NCBI GenBank assembly: GCA_021498095.1 | Contig: JAIZWK010000001.1 | Coordinates: forward strand, 3,990,001 to 4,022,000 | Direction of reading: 5' to 3' | Source of the DNA: Candidatus Harpocratesius repetitus | GTDB taxonomy: Archaea; Asgardarchaeota; Lokiarchaeia; Sigyniarchaeales; Promethearchaeaceae | DNA: 32,000 nt | In this document: piece after piece, positions 17,172-26,358 of the stretch | How positions within the stretch are numbered: position 1 is the first letter of the stretch | Layout: the number at the start of each line of letters is the position of its first letter | Notes under the pieces: model-generated | What the model was told of the DNA's origin: nothing | Seen by the model: the letters and a program-made list of their open reading frames with translations, nothing else | The model's database searches: none | Translations under genes and position numbers: made by a program

Positions 17172-18269
17172 ATGATCGGTTCGGGAAGAGAAGTGCTGAT
17201 TTTCGGAAGTATGGTCGGTCAAATTCAAAATGATGAGTCTCATACAATCAAATTCTTTCAACTCGGCACCCCGATTTCAGATGCCGTTAAAGACATTCTC
17301 CCCACCACGCCTTCGCCCTACTCCATGATAATTCCGCAGTTTTCCATGGATTTGTGGGACCCGGTGAATGAAGAATATTATAAAACCAATAGACCCGATA
17401 TAAATAATGGAATTGAGCGCTTCGTTATGGATTTTCTGGTATTTGAGAATATACTGAACCTAATTGGAGCGGACGGCGGTGCGGTTAATTGGCGGTATCC
17501 CGGTATTTACGGCGTGGGAATGCACGGAGTAGAATATACTAATATCGAATATTATACAGAAAAGGCGCGCAAGGTTTGGACTGCATTCCAGAACGGCTTA
17601 TCCATGATAAATATATTTAATAATCAAAAAGGTATGGATAAATTTAATGATATAATGAGAGATGATATTAAAGGGCTTCCTGAAAAAATGGTGCTGATTG
17701 AACTTGAAGATGCCCGTGCCTTTTTCAACCTCCGCAATCTTGCCGAATTTCAAGGCTCCAGCATCCGAGACTCCGAATCCGTGCTGGCAAAGTGGGTTTA
17801 TGAGCAGTATACACTGCATTCATCCGAGCATGATTTGAAAGATTTAAATTTAAAAAAGAAAAGATTTTACAACGATATCAAGTTATTGATGAAAACAAAA
17901 AGTGGTACTAGAAATTCATATATAGCCACATGGAACCGAATAGAAGGCATCATCAAGGCCTTCGGCATAAAAGGTGAAACCATAACAATTAAAATAAGTA
18001 AGAAGAAATCAATTGAATACTTCGTTCCCACTTTAGATGAGAACGGCAACATTCAATTTGACTCCCGACTCGACCGGTGGTATGCCCAGATAGAAAATCC
18101 CGTGAGCATCTTCAATTCAAATTCGCAGTTGTTGATGCTTCAGCAGTGCTTTGCATACTTTTTGAAGTACAAAAACGAGATGCGCTTGTACTACGAAGAG
18201 TATGCGGATGAAAGTGCCATGAACAATTGTGATGCATATTTGGATGCGATTGAGGGATTTGTCGGATAA
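17172..18269 (+). CDS. Orphan hypothetical protein, possibly the 3' part of a disrupted longer gene
   Basis: 365-codon ORF whose frame stays open upstream to 17064 without a start codon. It has locally GC-rich stretches (hand counts: 31/60 at 17281-17340 and 34/60 at 17461-17520). No family recognised. Confidence 0.7.
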   Translation: MIGSGREVLIFGSMVGQIQNDESHTIKFFQLGTPISDAVKDILPTTPSPYSMIIPQFSMDLWDPVNEEYYKTNRPDINNGIERFVMDFLVFENILNLIGADGGAVNWRYPGIYGVGMHGVEYTNIEYYTEKARKVWTAFQNGLSMINIFNNQKGMDKFNDIMRDDIKGLPEKMVLIELEDARAFFNLRNLAEFQGSSIRDSESVLAKWVYEQYTLHSSEHDLKDLNLKKKRFYNDIKLLMKTKSGTRNSYIATWNRIEGIIKAFGIKGETITIKISKKKSIEYFVPTLDENGNIQFDSRLDRWYAQIENPVSIFNSNSQLLMLQQCFAYFLKYKNEMRLYYEEYADESAMNNCDAYLDAIEGFVG

Positions 18270-18372
18270 AAAATAAGTTCGCCGAAGAGAAGGTTAATTT
18301 TTTAATATTGTTTTTTTAATATTTGTTAGGTAAAAAAATAAAACTAAATGAAAAAAAAGTGGATGAGATGCA

Positions 18373-19287
18373 ATGCAGGGCGAAAATCCGAAATATGTGA
18401 GATACAGTCAAATTTATAACGATAAATTAGAATTGATATTGGTAAGGCAGGATTTTGATGTTAAAAAATGGAAAGATATAGATAAAGTGTATAAACTTCA
18501 TGTTGGTTATTGTAATTTTCCCAATAATGAAGCAGATTTTTCCACCTTCACCAACTGCCGAGAAATTGAAATATCTGGAGAAAATCAGCTGCGGGTGGTT
18601 AAATGGCCTCCGAAAATAGAATATATTCGTATTTCTAGATTTTCGAATATTAAAATCCCCCTAAAGTGCGACCAATATCAATATTTGCGGAAATTCAGAA
18701 CTCTAACTGCCGTTTTAGACGATTACAACATAGATTTTGCCCACTGCTATCGACTGCGGGAAATTTCAATTGTTGAAGATTTTTATAATGAGTGTTATGA
18801 AAATATGTTCGATGGTGAAAAAATAACGCTGCCGCCCAAAAATGATGGAAAACACCGTATGAAGCAGGTTCCCATCAATTAGGCATTCAGCATTTCATTA
18901 GAAAAATTGGAATTATGGAGTTTGCGCGAAGTAAAGGAAATTCCGATTGAATTTACCCATAATCCTGAATTATGGATTAACATTTCAAATCTTCCTCACA
19001 TCCCCCATATTTCCTTTCTACCGATTGAGTTCTGGGACTGCACACAGTTTGAAAACAGCGAAGCATTCATGTATGATTTTGATTCGTTCATCCATCCCCG
19101 AAAGCAGGAGAATATCGAGCGTTATAAGGAGTGGGAGAAGCTATTTTTTGAAGAATACGGGTTTGAAACCACATGGACCGCAGAGCGGATTAAATTTATG
19201 GATTACGCTTTAATTGCTGCGGAGCAAATTCCAGAAAAAGAACTGCGAGAGGAATATATAAGGTGGGCAAAAAAACTTTCGGCCTAA
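18373..19287 (+). pseudogene. LRR-like protein reading frame interrupted by one in-frame TAG (joins ORFs 18373-18882 and 18907-19287)
   Basis: Both ORFs are in the same frame, and the 8 codons after TAG 18880-18882 (AFSISLEK) are open. LRR-like units include DFSTFTNCREIEIS, DFAHCYRLREISIV and SLEKLELWSLREVKEIP. Confidence 0.65.
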
Positions 19288-19577
19288 GTTTAAATTAAAA
19301 AGCGGTTATGAATTGATAATATAAAGATTTTAAATAAATTTCGAGTGGTTTGTGGCTTAACTATATAAGGGGGGAATTTACGATTAAAGTAAGCAAATTT
19401 TCTCACCACAGGCACTTTTGACTTGATATAATATGCCCGTTTAAATTAATTTCGAGTAATTTCATTCGAAATGCTTGCAAGAAATTCCTATCTATCAGGG
19501 GGAGTAGACCAATCATTAAACCATATCAGTACCAAGAGTATGATGAAGAACCATGCTGTGGTAATCCTCATATAATC

Positions 19578-20450
19578 TTGAATCGTGAGAGCCAGTATGT
19601 CTGTATGAACTGTGGGATGGTAATTGCACCCAATCTTATTAATGCTGAAAGACGCGCTTATAATGCGGATGAAATTAGTTCAAGAAGAAGAACCGAACCA
19701 CTATGGAGATGTTTTGGTAATAGAACTGTAATTGGTCAATATAACACAGATTCTAGAGGTCGACATCTCCATCCAGAAAAAAGAGCATTATTCTCTCGGT
19801 TGAACAAAATTCAAGGGTCGTTGATTAATTCTTTAGAGCGAAACTATTGGGAAGCTAAACCGAAATTACACCACATTGCTACACGCTTAGATATTCCCGA
19901 CTTTATTCAAGAGACCGCTTGGAATATTTACAAATTATCTGCAAAGAAAAAACTAACAATGGGAAGAAGTATTGAGGCATTTATTGGAGCGTCAATGTAC
20001 GCAGCAATAAGAGTACATGAATACCCGCGTTTGATGGAAGAAGTGGTTGAATGTTCAATTTTACCTCTACGCACAATTCATAAAGCTTTAGCACTTATTG
20101 TGAGAAGAGTCTTACCTGATTTAGGCCTTAGATATAGTCCTATTTCCAGTAATAGATTAATCTATCGCTTTGGTAATGAATTACATTTATCGATGCCAAT
20201 TCAGCAGAAAGCAACTCGATTACTTTTTATTGCTAAACGATCAGGAATGTCGCGTATTGGAAAAGATCCAAAAGGAATTGCGGCTGCGGTTCTTTATTTA
20301 GCCGCAAAAGATACTGAAGAAAAACGAACACAGAGGAATATTGCCTCAATTGCAAGAATAACGGAAGTAACTTTGAGAACAAGAGCCAAACAAATTTGGA
20401 AGTATACGACTAGATTTGCTCGGATTTCTGCACAAATAATACCCAACTAA
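19578..20450 (+). CDS. tfb: Transcription initiation factor IIB (TFB) paralogue; the true N-terminus probably extends upstream of 19578
   Basis: VCMNCG, a B-reader/linker region, and two cyclin repeats (GRSIEAFIGASMYAAIR, GKDPKGIAAAVLYLA, TQ..IA..A.ITEVTLR.R.K). An in-frame EPCCGNP lies upstream of the called start. Confidence 0.95.
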   Translation: MNRESQYVCMNCGMVIAPNLINAERRAYNADEISSRRRTEPLWRCFGNRTVIGQYNTDSRGRHLHPEKRALFSRLNKIQGSLINSLERNYWEAKPKLHHIATRLDIPDFIQETAWNIYKLSAKKKLTMGRSIEAFIGASMYAAIRVHEYPRLMEEVVECSILPLRTIHKALALIVRRVLPDLGLRYSPISSNRLIYRFGNELHLSMPIQQKATRLLFIAKRSGMSRIGKDPKGIAAAVLYLAAKDTEEKRTQRNIASIARITEVTLRTRAKQIWKYTTRFARISAQIIPN

Positions 20451-20628
20451 CAAATCAAATTAATGGATGAAAATTTTTTTGTAAATTGGATAAAAAAATA
20501 TTATTTTACTTTTTTTTCTATTATTGTACATTTTTAGGATGTCTCTTCTTTTTACTAATAGAGAAAAATACTTCATAACTTGAAAATCATGGAAGATCGA
20601 CATAACATGCTGAAATAAAACCTAAAAA

Positions 20629-21780
20629 TTGTTAAAATATTTTATTATGGAATCTGTTCAAGTTATAAAGCATCCTATAATTCGGAGATCCTATAGACCT
20701 ATGATTCGATTAGACACACGATTAATTAGCAAACATAAGTTTTCCCAAGTAATTCGTTGCCTTGCAGTGGGAACGGCTAAAGAAATGCCAATAATTGCAG
20801 TAGGATCCCAAGATAAATATTTATATCTACTAAATGAAAATTTGAAAGAACTTCAAAAAATAAAATTTGATAAATGGGTGCGATGCGTTGCTTTAGGAGA
20901 TTTACTTGGAGATGGATGTGATGAATTAGTTGTAGGTGGAGGAGACAAATCTCTCCACATTTACAAATTTTTGGATTCAGATGGGAAATTTCATGAATTA
21001 TATTCTTATGAATTCGATCATTTTGTCAATACATGCGAAATTGCAGATATTACTGGAGATGGAGAATTAGAAATTATTGTGGGTTCATGGGATCAGACAA
21101 TTCATGCATTAAAACTTTTTCCAGAACGTTTATCAATATTATGGGTCAGAAAATTAGAAAAACGAGTAAACATAATTAAAGTAGCAGATATTAATAAAGA
21201 TGGCAAAAATGAAATCTTAGTTTTGTTCAAAGAAGGGAGTTTAGGAGTCTTCTCTTTTGATATATGCAAACCTTTATGGCTCTTTAAGACAAATAAGGAA
21301 TTACTTACAGTTGATGTTGGCCCGCTTGATGAGAAAGGAATAAATTATATTGTTACTGGAGGAAATGGTAAGGTTTTGTATATTATAGATCCTAATGGAA
21401 ATCTAATTCATAAAGAAGAGTTTAAAGACAGGATAACTGCATTAATCCTTGGTGATATTGATGGAGATGAAAATAATGATATGATTTTAGGTGAAGGCGA
21501 TATAGCACTTAAAGCATTTAAGTTTTCGGGAAAATCTCCTGCCTTCTTTGAGATGAAATGGAACTACAGAATCCATCATACATTGAATTGCTTATTATTA
21601 AATGATTTTAACAAAGATCAAAAAAGAGAACTGATTTTTGGAGGATATAATAAAACTATTACCGCAATTCAAGATACTGAATACGGAATGGTCGAACCAA
21701 TATACAAAAAGAATTTTCTTTCAGAAAACGAATCTATAAAAGCGGACGAATCAGAAAATGAGCCAAATCAAATAAAATAG
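20629..21780 (+). CDS. Cytoplasmic FG-GAP/VCBS-repeat beta-propeller protein (likely start ATG 20647)
   Basis: Six D-x-x-x-D-G-x-x-[DE]-type repeats (GDLLGDGCDELVVG, ADITGDGELEIIVG, ADINKDGKNEILVL, GDIDGDENNDMILG, NDFNKDQKRELIFG, plus one degenerate copy). No signal peptide. Confidence 0.85.
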   Translation: MLKYFIMESVQVIKHPIIRRSYRPMIRLDTRLISKHKFSQVIRCLAVGTAKEMPIIAVGSQDKYLYLLNENLKELQKIKFDKWVRCVALGDLLGDGCDELVVGGGDKSLHIYKFLDSDGKFHELYSYEFDHFVNTCEIADITGDGELEIIVGSWDQTIHALKLFPERLSILWVRKLEKRVNIIKVADINKDGKNEILVLFKEGSLGVFSFDICKPLWLFKTNKELLTVDVGPLDEKGINYIVTGGNGKVLYIIDPNGNLIHKEEFKDRITALILGDIDGDENNDMILGEGDIALKAFKFSGKSPAFFEMKWNYRIHHTLNCLLLNDFNKDQKRELIFGGYNKTITAIQDTEYGMVEPIYKKNFLSENESIKADESENEPNQIK

Positions 21781-21843
21781 GCATAATTTAGTTGAAAAAA
21801 AACACATGTGGAAAAAAATGATTTAAATTTTAGTAGAGATTTT

Positions 21844-23016
21844 TTACTTTCTTCTTTTCCTTCTAATTATCACAATTAAAGCTAAAAATCCAATTAATAA
21901 GGCGAAAATACCCACACTAACAGAAATAAAGAAATAATCAGGCTCAATTACGCCAAATTCCAAAAGTGCCAAGGGTTTATTTGTTGATATTGATGAAAAA
22001 TATGGATAGGCTTTTGCCATCAAATTTGAAAAAGATTCCCAATGATCAAAGCGATCTAATGCACCATAAATGCTGATTCCAATCCAATCAATGTAATCAT
22101 CTCCAGGATAATACACACTCATGTTTGTACAAGGATCATCAACTTCAAAATAATCATCAACATGAAAGACCCATGTAATATCAGTGGCGTTTTCTTCCCG
22201 AAATAAGTCAATAATATGCCGATAAGCAGCTTTGAAAAGTTCTGGTCCAGTATTGCAGCCACCATTCCATTTAGCATTCCATGCAAACCAGTCTCCATTA
22301 ACTTCAGTGCCAAATTCAATAATTAGTGGATTTTCTATAGATTTTGCATCATTAGCCCAAACTCTCAGATCACTATCATACATTCCATCAACGATTTTCT
22401 GCAAAGAATACACAGGATCAGGAGTTGGACGATCATAAGAACTAATTGGAAACATACGAATAAAGGGGATAATACCTAAATTATGAATAACATCCACTGC
22501 TTCGGCTGGAAACTCAATATGTTCCATCCATGGGTTAGTAAAATATGCCCATACTATTTTTTTTCCTACTAATTCTTGGAAATCAGTGATGGCATTTGCG
22601 GTAATACTATCTTCTGAATCATTGAAATCAGGATATGCGCTATGATAAATCCCTTCAGAATTTGGAATTAGTTTTACTCCGTTTGATGTATTTTCCCACT
22701 TTGCTTCAGTGCCAAATTTTTCATCAGAAATTCCAATTTTATAAGCAGTAGTGGCTTCAATAGATGAATCAAGTCGGACTTTAGATTCCCCAACCAACCC
22801 CCCATTATCCCAATTTTCATGCCAATAACTAATTGCTTTTATCCGATTATAACTTTGATTATTAAGTGTGTTAAATGCATCTTCAATCCAAAGTGCTTTT
22901 TTATTTTTAAAATCTCTATCTTCTTCACTAGAAGCACCAAAATTAAAACTTTGATTTATTACGAATCCTGAAAGAAGAAATATCAGCAATATTTTTGAGA
23001 TTGTTGTTGTTTTCAT
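21844..23016 (-). CDS. Secreted, C-terminally membrane-anchored GH26-like glycoside hydrolase
   Basis: N-terminal signal-like segment. EFGTEVNGDWF is the acid/base region, followed by AYRHII..FR, YYPGDDYIDWIGIS.YG and KPLALLEFG (nucleophile). The C-terminus is a TM helix plus RRKRRK. Confidence 0.88.
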   Translation of the reverse strand: MKTTTISKILLIFLLSGFVINQSFNFGASSEEDRDFKNKKALWIEDAFNTLNNQSYNRIKAISYWHENWDNGGLVGESKVRLDSSIEATTAYKIGISDEKFGTEAKWENTSNGVKLIPNSEGIYHSAYPDFNDSEDSITANAITDFQELVGKKIVWAYFTNPWMEHIEFPAEAVDVIHNLGIIPFIRMFPISSYDRPTPDPVYSLQKIVDGMYDSDLRVWANDAKSIENPLIIEFGTEVNGDWFAWNAKWNGGCNTGPELFKAAYRHIIDLFREENATDITWVFHVDDYFEVDDPCTNMSVYYPGDDYIDWIGISIYGALDRFDHWESFSNLMAKAYPYFSSISTNKPLALLEFGVIEPDYFFISVSVGIFALLIGFLALIVIIRRKRRK

Positions 23017-23226
23017 CTTTAATTTCTCTTATTTATAGTTGTTTAATAATTTATAAGGGAGCAATTATATCAGTGCCGAATTTTATTAAGATTGAAGACC
23101 TTTCAACATAATTTTTTTTTGAACGAGTGTGATCAGTAAATAATTGCCATATATTAAAGATTAGTTAAATTTATGAATAAAAATAAAAAATAAAAAATAA
23201 TTTCTGTTGAAAATACGGAAATTTGT

Positions 23227-25509
23227 TTAAAGAGAAAATTGGGCTTCGCTGGCTTTGTAATCTTCACCAGTTCCAGTAATTTTATATCGAATTTCTACGG
23301 TATCACCAGCAGCAATTTCTTCAATTACCCAAACCAACATATCTTTCTTTTCTAAACTTTTCACTTCAGCGGGTTCTTCACTATAATCTCCATATTCAAA
23401 ATTATCCGGAACAACATCACGCAATTCGATATTAGTTAAAACATTTTCACCGGTATTAGTTAAGCGTAATACAATTTCGTATTCACCTTCACTGGCCAAA
23501 GCAGAGATACGCTTGCCTTTGCGAATCTTTTTCCGTTCGTGAACTACTGGAATTGTAATAGCTTCAGGAATAATTTCAATTTGAGCTCCTGCAGGATATG
23601 TATTACCTAAATACCTCACATTAGAAACGAATTCGGTATCACGTGGAGGTTTATCAGCGATAATTGTATATTTCGCTTTTATTATCATTCCAGGTAAGAA
23701 CATTCCAAAAGCGCTATCCCGTAATTCGGTTAAGGAGATTTTTACCAAGTGTTCTGAATCAGAAGTTTCTGTAGCAGGTTCTATTTCTATAAAGGATGGA
23801 TCAACAGTGATTTGTTCACCTAAATCTTCCCAATCAATTTCTTCTTCTTCATCTAATCCCTCGTGATTGTAATCTTCAGGAGGTCTAACAATAAAAAGTT
23901 CAATTTCTTCTGGTTTTGGAGGAATATACCCACTTTGGATGCGGTCTTCAATTAATAATTCATTTAAATCGGCACCACCGGTATTCTTTACTTGATGAAG
24001 AACTTCAAATGTATTTTGCTGGAATGACGCAATAGAACTTATCGAATAACTTAATTTTCCATCCATCATTGCAACAGCTAATTCAAGATCATCAATAGTT
24101 ATAGAACCCATGGTAGATATTTTATGATCGCTAACGAGGAAAAATTCAACCGTTTTATAGAACTTTGGTTCTTCTCCATTTTCAGTTTCTGTTTCCCATT
24201 CTACAGATTCCCATCGCGCACCAGAAGCAATTGGAGGAATTTCCCCAGGATCAATATCAAGCACTTTTTCATTATTTGCAACATTTACAATGTCTAAATT
24301 CACTAATTGCATCTGAAAATCAGATTCGTTTTCAAAAATAACTCTACAATCGTATTTATCAGGATTTGAATCTTGTTGAAAAATTTCCATACCAACGAAG
24401 TTATCACTGTATGCATCAAATTTATCAATTTGTATACCAGTTAAGGCTTTTGTGGCAAAATATTCAACAAAGACCTTTCCTGTATTTATTTTTTCTTCAG
24501 CAGAATGAACTTCAATTGACATATTTAATTTCAAACTTACTTCAGAACCAGCTTTAATACTGTCTATTGTCCAAACCACAAAATTATCAATATCTGTTTC
24601 TGCTTGACCATGTGAAGTTTCTACAATGTCAATATTCATATATCCTTCTGGAATCTCTTTTTTAATTTTAATATCGTTTAAATCATAATCAGTAGTATTT
24701 TTAGCCGTTATCTTAAAGAGAATTCTGTTTGCATCACCTGGTGCTAAAGAATAGGTTTCTACAGATTCGTCATTTTGGGTTGAAATAAATTCAGTAATTT
24801 TCAACGCCGGTTCTTCAAATTCTTCGATTTCATATTCAATTTCATATTCTTTTCCTGGTTCCAAACTTTTTATCGAAACAGTTTCATCAATTGAAGCAGA
24901 TTTCTCTTTTTTAAAGGAAACATCAATATCCCAAATCTTATTTATCGAAGACGGATTAATTACTTTGAACAATCCGCTTGTTTTCCGATCTTCTTCAATA
25001 TCTGTTTCACCATTAAATTCAAAATGAGTCTCAACTTTTTCAATGATTTCTAAGGGAACTAACTCTCCTACAGCACCTTTTGGTCCTAAAATAATCTCTC
25101 CTTCTTTATTTCCTGTTGCTTTATCATGAGTATAGATTTTTCCAGTTCCAGAATCTTTTTGATATTCAATTTCTCGTTTTCCGCCTTCAGATTTCATTTT
25201 TTCTGCCTCAGCACGTTCCATTTCTTCACTTGCATCAAAACCCATTCTAGTTCCAGATCCCATTTGTTCAGAACTTGATTGAACTTGCTCAAAGAATTTC
25301 ATTAGCGGATTGTAATCTTTCTTTCCTATTTTTACATCTTTTCCACTTTTCTTAATTGCATCTTCAATCACCTTTTTTGGTAAATTTGAGGATGCAAGAT
25401 TCCCAAACATTGCAAAAAATTGATCTGAAGTAACTGAAAAATCACATTTTAATATTTTTTTATCCAGAACAACTTTTCCTACATTTTTTATATTGTATTT
25501 ATCTGCCAT
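23227..25509 (-). CDS. Large acidic protein with about five tandem Ig-like (DUF11/CARDB-like) domains and no signal peptide
   Basis: Repeated N-T/E-G/S/T-x-x-x-L-x-N/D-x-x-x-x-D/K-x-I/V-P and W-x-I-x-x-I-x-A-G-x-x-V / L-E-P-G motifs. No hydrophobic leader or TM segment. Confidence 0.8.
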   Translation of the reverse strand: MADKYNIKNVGKVVLDKKILKCDFSVTSDQFFAMFGNLASSNLPKKVIEDAIKKSGKDVKIGKKDYNPLMKFFEQVQSSSEQMGSGTRMGFDASEEMERAEAEKMKSEGGKREIEYQKDSGTGKIYTHDKATGNKEGEIILGPKGAVGELVPLEIIEKVETHFEFNGETDIEEDRKTSGLFKVINPSSINKIWDIDVSFKKEKSASIDETVSIKSLEPGKEYEIEYEIEEFEEPALKITEFISTQNDESVETYSLAPGDANRILFKITAKNTTDYDLNDIKIKKEIPEGYMNIDIVETSHGQAETDIDNFVVWTIDSIKAGSEVSLKLNMSIEVHSAEEKINTGKVFVEYFATKALTGIQIDKFDAYSDNFVGMEIFQQDSNPDKYDCRVIFENESDFQMQLVNLDIVNVANNEKVLDIDPGEIPPIASGARWESVEWETETENGEEPKFYKTVEFFLVSDHKISTMGSITIDDLELAVAMMDGKLSYSISSIASFQQNTFEVLHQVKNTGGADLNELLIEDRIQSGYIPPKPEEIELFIVRPPEDYNHEGLDEEEEIDWEDLGEQITVDPSFIEIEPATETSDSEHLVKISLTELRDSAFGMFLPGMIIKAKYTIIADKPPRDTEFVSNVRYLGNTYPAGAQIEIIPEAITIPVVHERKKIRKGKRISALASEGEYEIVLRLTNTGENVLTNIELRDVVPDNFEYGDYSEEPAEVKSLEKKDMLVWVIEEIAAGDTVEIRYKITGTGEDYKASEAQFSL

Positions 25510-25659
25510 GGTTATTTCTCCATTGAAAAATTAACTTTGCATTGGTTAATAATTGTGTCGTGGTATTAAATAAAAATTTCCTTTCAAAACGGAACATTTT
25601 CGTTGATTTTAATTTTAAATTAGATGTAATCAGACTCAAAATAATTACTTTTATAATAC

Positions 25660-26358
25660 ATGCAAAATGCTTTTATTCATGTGAGCTACCTTGAATTATT
25701 CACTGTAACTTTCTTATTAGGATTAGGAGGGGCAATTTCTCCAGGTGCTCTACTAACTTATACAATTTTTTGCGCTATTAAGGAAAAAAAACAAGCATTT
25801 TCAGTTGGAATCAAAATAAGTTTAGGACACGCATCAATAGAAATATTTCTCATTCTTCTTCTTTTAGTGGGTTTTGTCAACTGGATGGATAATAGAATAA
25901 TTCTTATTGTAATAGGAATTTTTGGAGGAATACTATTAATTTGCTTTGGAATGATAATTTTAGCAAATATAATTAATAATAAAGTAGATACCACCTTTTT
26001 AGAATCAAATACATCTATTGAGAACAAGGACTTTCAAAATAATAAGGATTCCAAACCCTATCTTGCATCAATGGGCTTTTTGATGAGTAATCCTTATTGG
26101 TGGTTATGGTGGATAACTATAGGTGTTAGTATTATGGTAGATAATGGTGTGATCTGGGGGAATTGGATATCTTTGATTATTTTTATTTTTGCAAAAGAAC
26201 TAGGCGCTATTCTTTGGTATATAGGAATTGCAACCGCAGTTGGATTTGCTCATAAATTAATGAAAAAAAATGTATATTTGGCAATTTTAGGAATCTGTGG
26301 TTTATTTATGGTCATATACGGCTTCTATTTAGGCATTTCTCCTTTTTTCAATCTATAA
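25660..26358 (+). CDS. LysE-family translocator
   Basis: Motifs GAISPGAL, GHA.IE, SNPYWWLWW and a ~6 TM profile. Confidence 0.88.
   Translation: MQNAFIHVSYLELFTVTFLLGLGGAISPGALLTYTIFCAIKEKKQAFSVGIKISLGHASIEIFLILLLLVGFVNWMDNRIILIVIGIFGGILLICFGMIILANIINNKVDTTFLESNTSIENKDFQNNKDSKPYLASMGFLMSNPYWWLWWITIGVSIMVDNGVIWGNWISLIIFIFAKELGAILWYIGIATAVGFAHKLMKKNVYLAILGICGLFMVIYGFYLGISPFFNL

Noticed and set aside
19337-19457. AATTTCGAGT repeated upstream of tfb as an att site or operator
   Set aside because: It is only 10 bp with no counterpart at the left end of the orphan island, and no integrase or tRNA gene is nearby.
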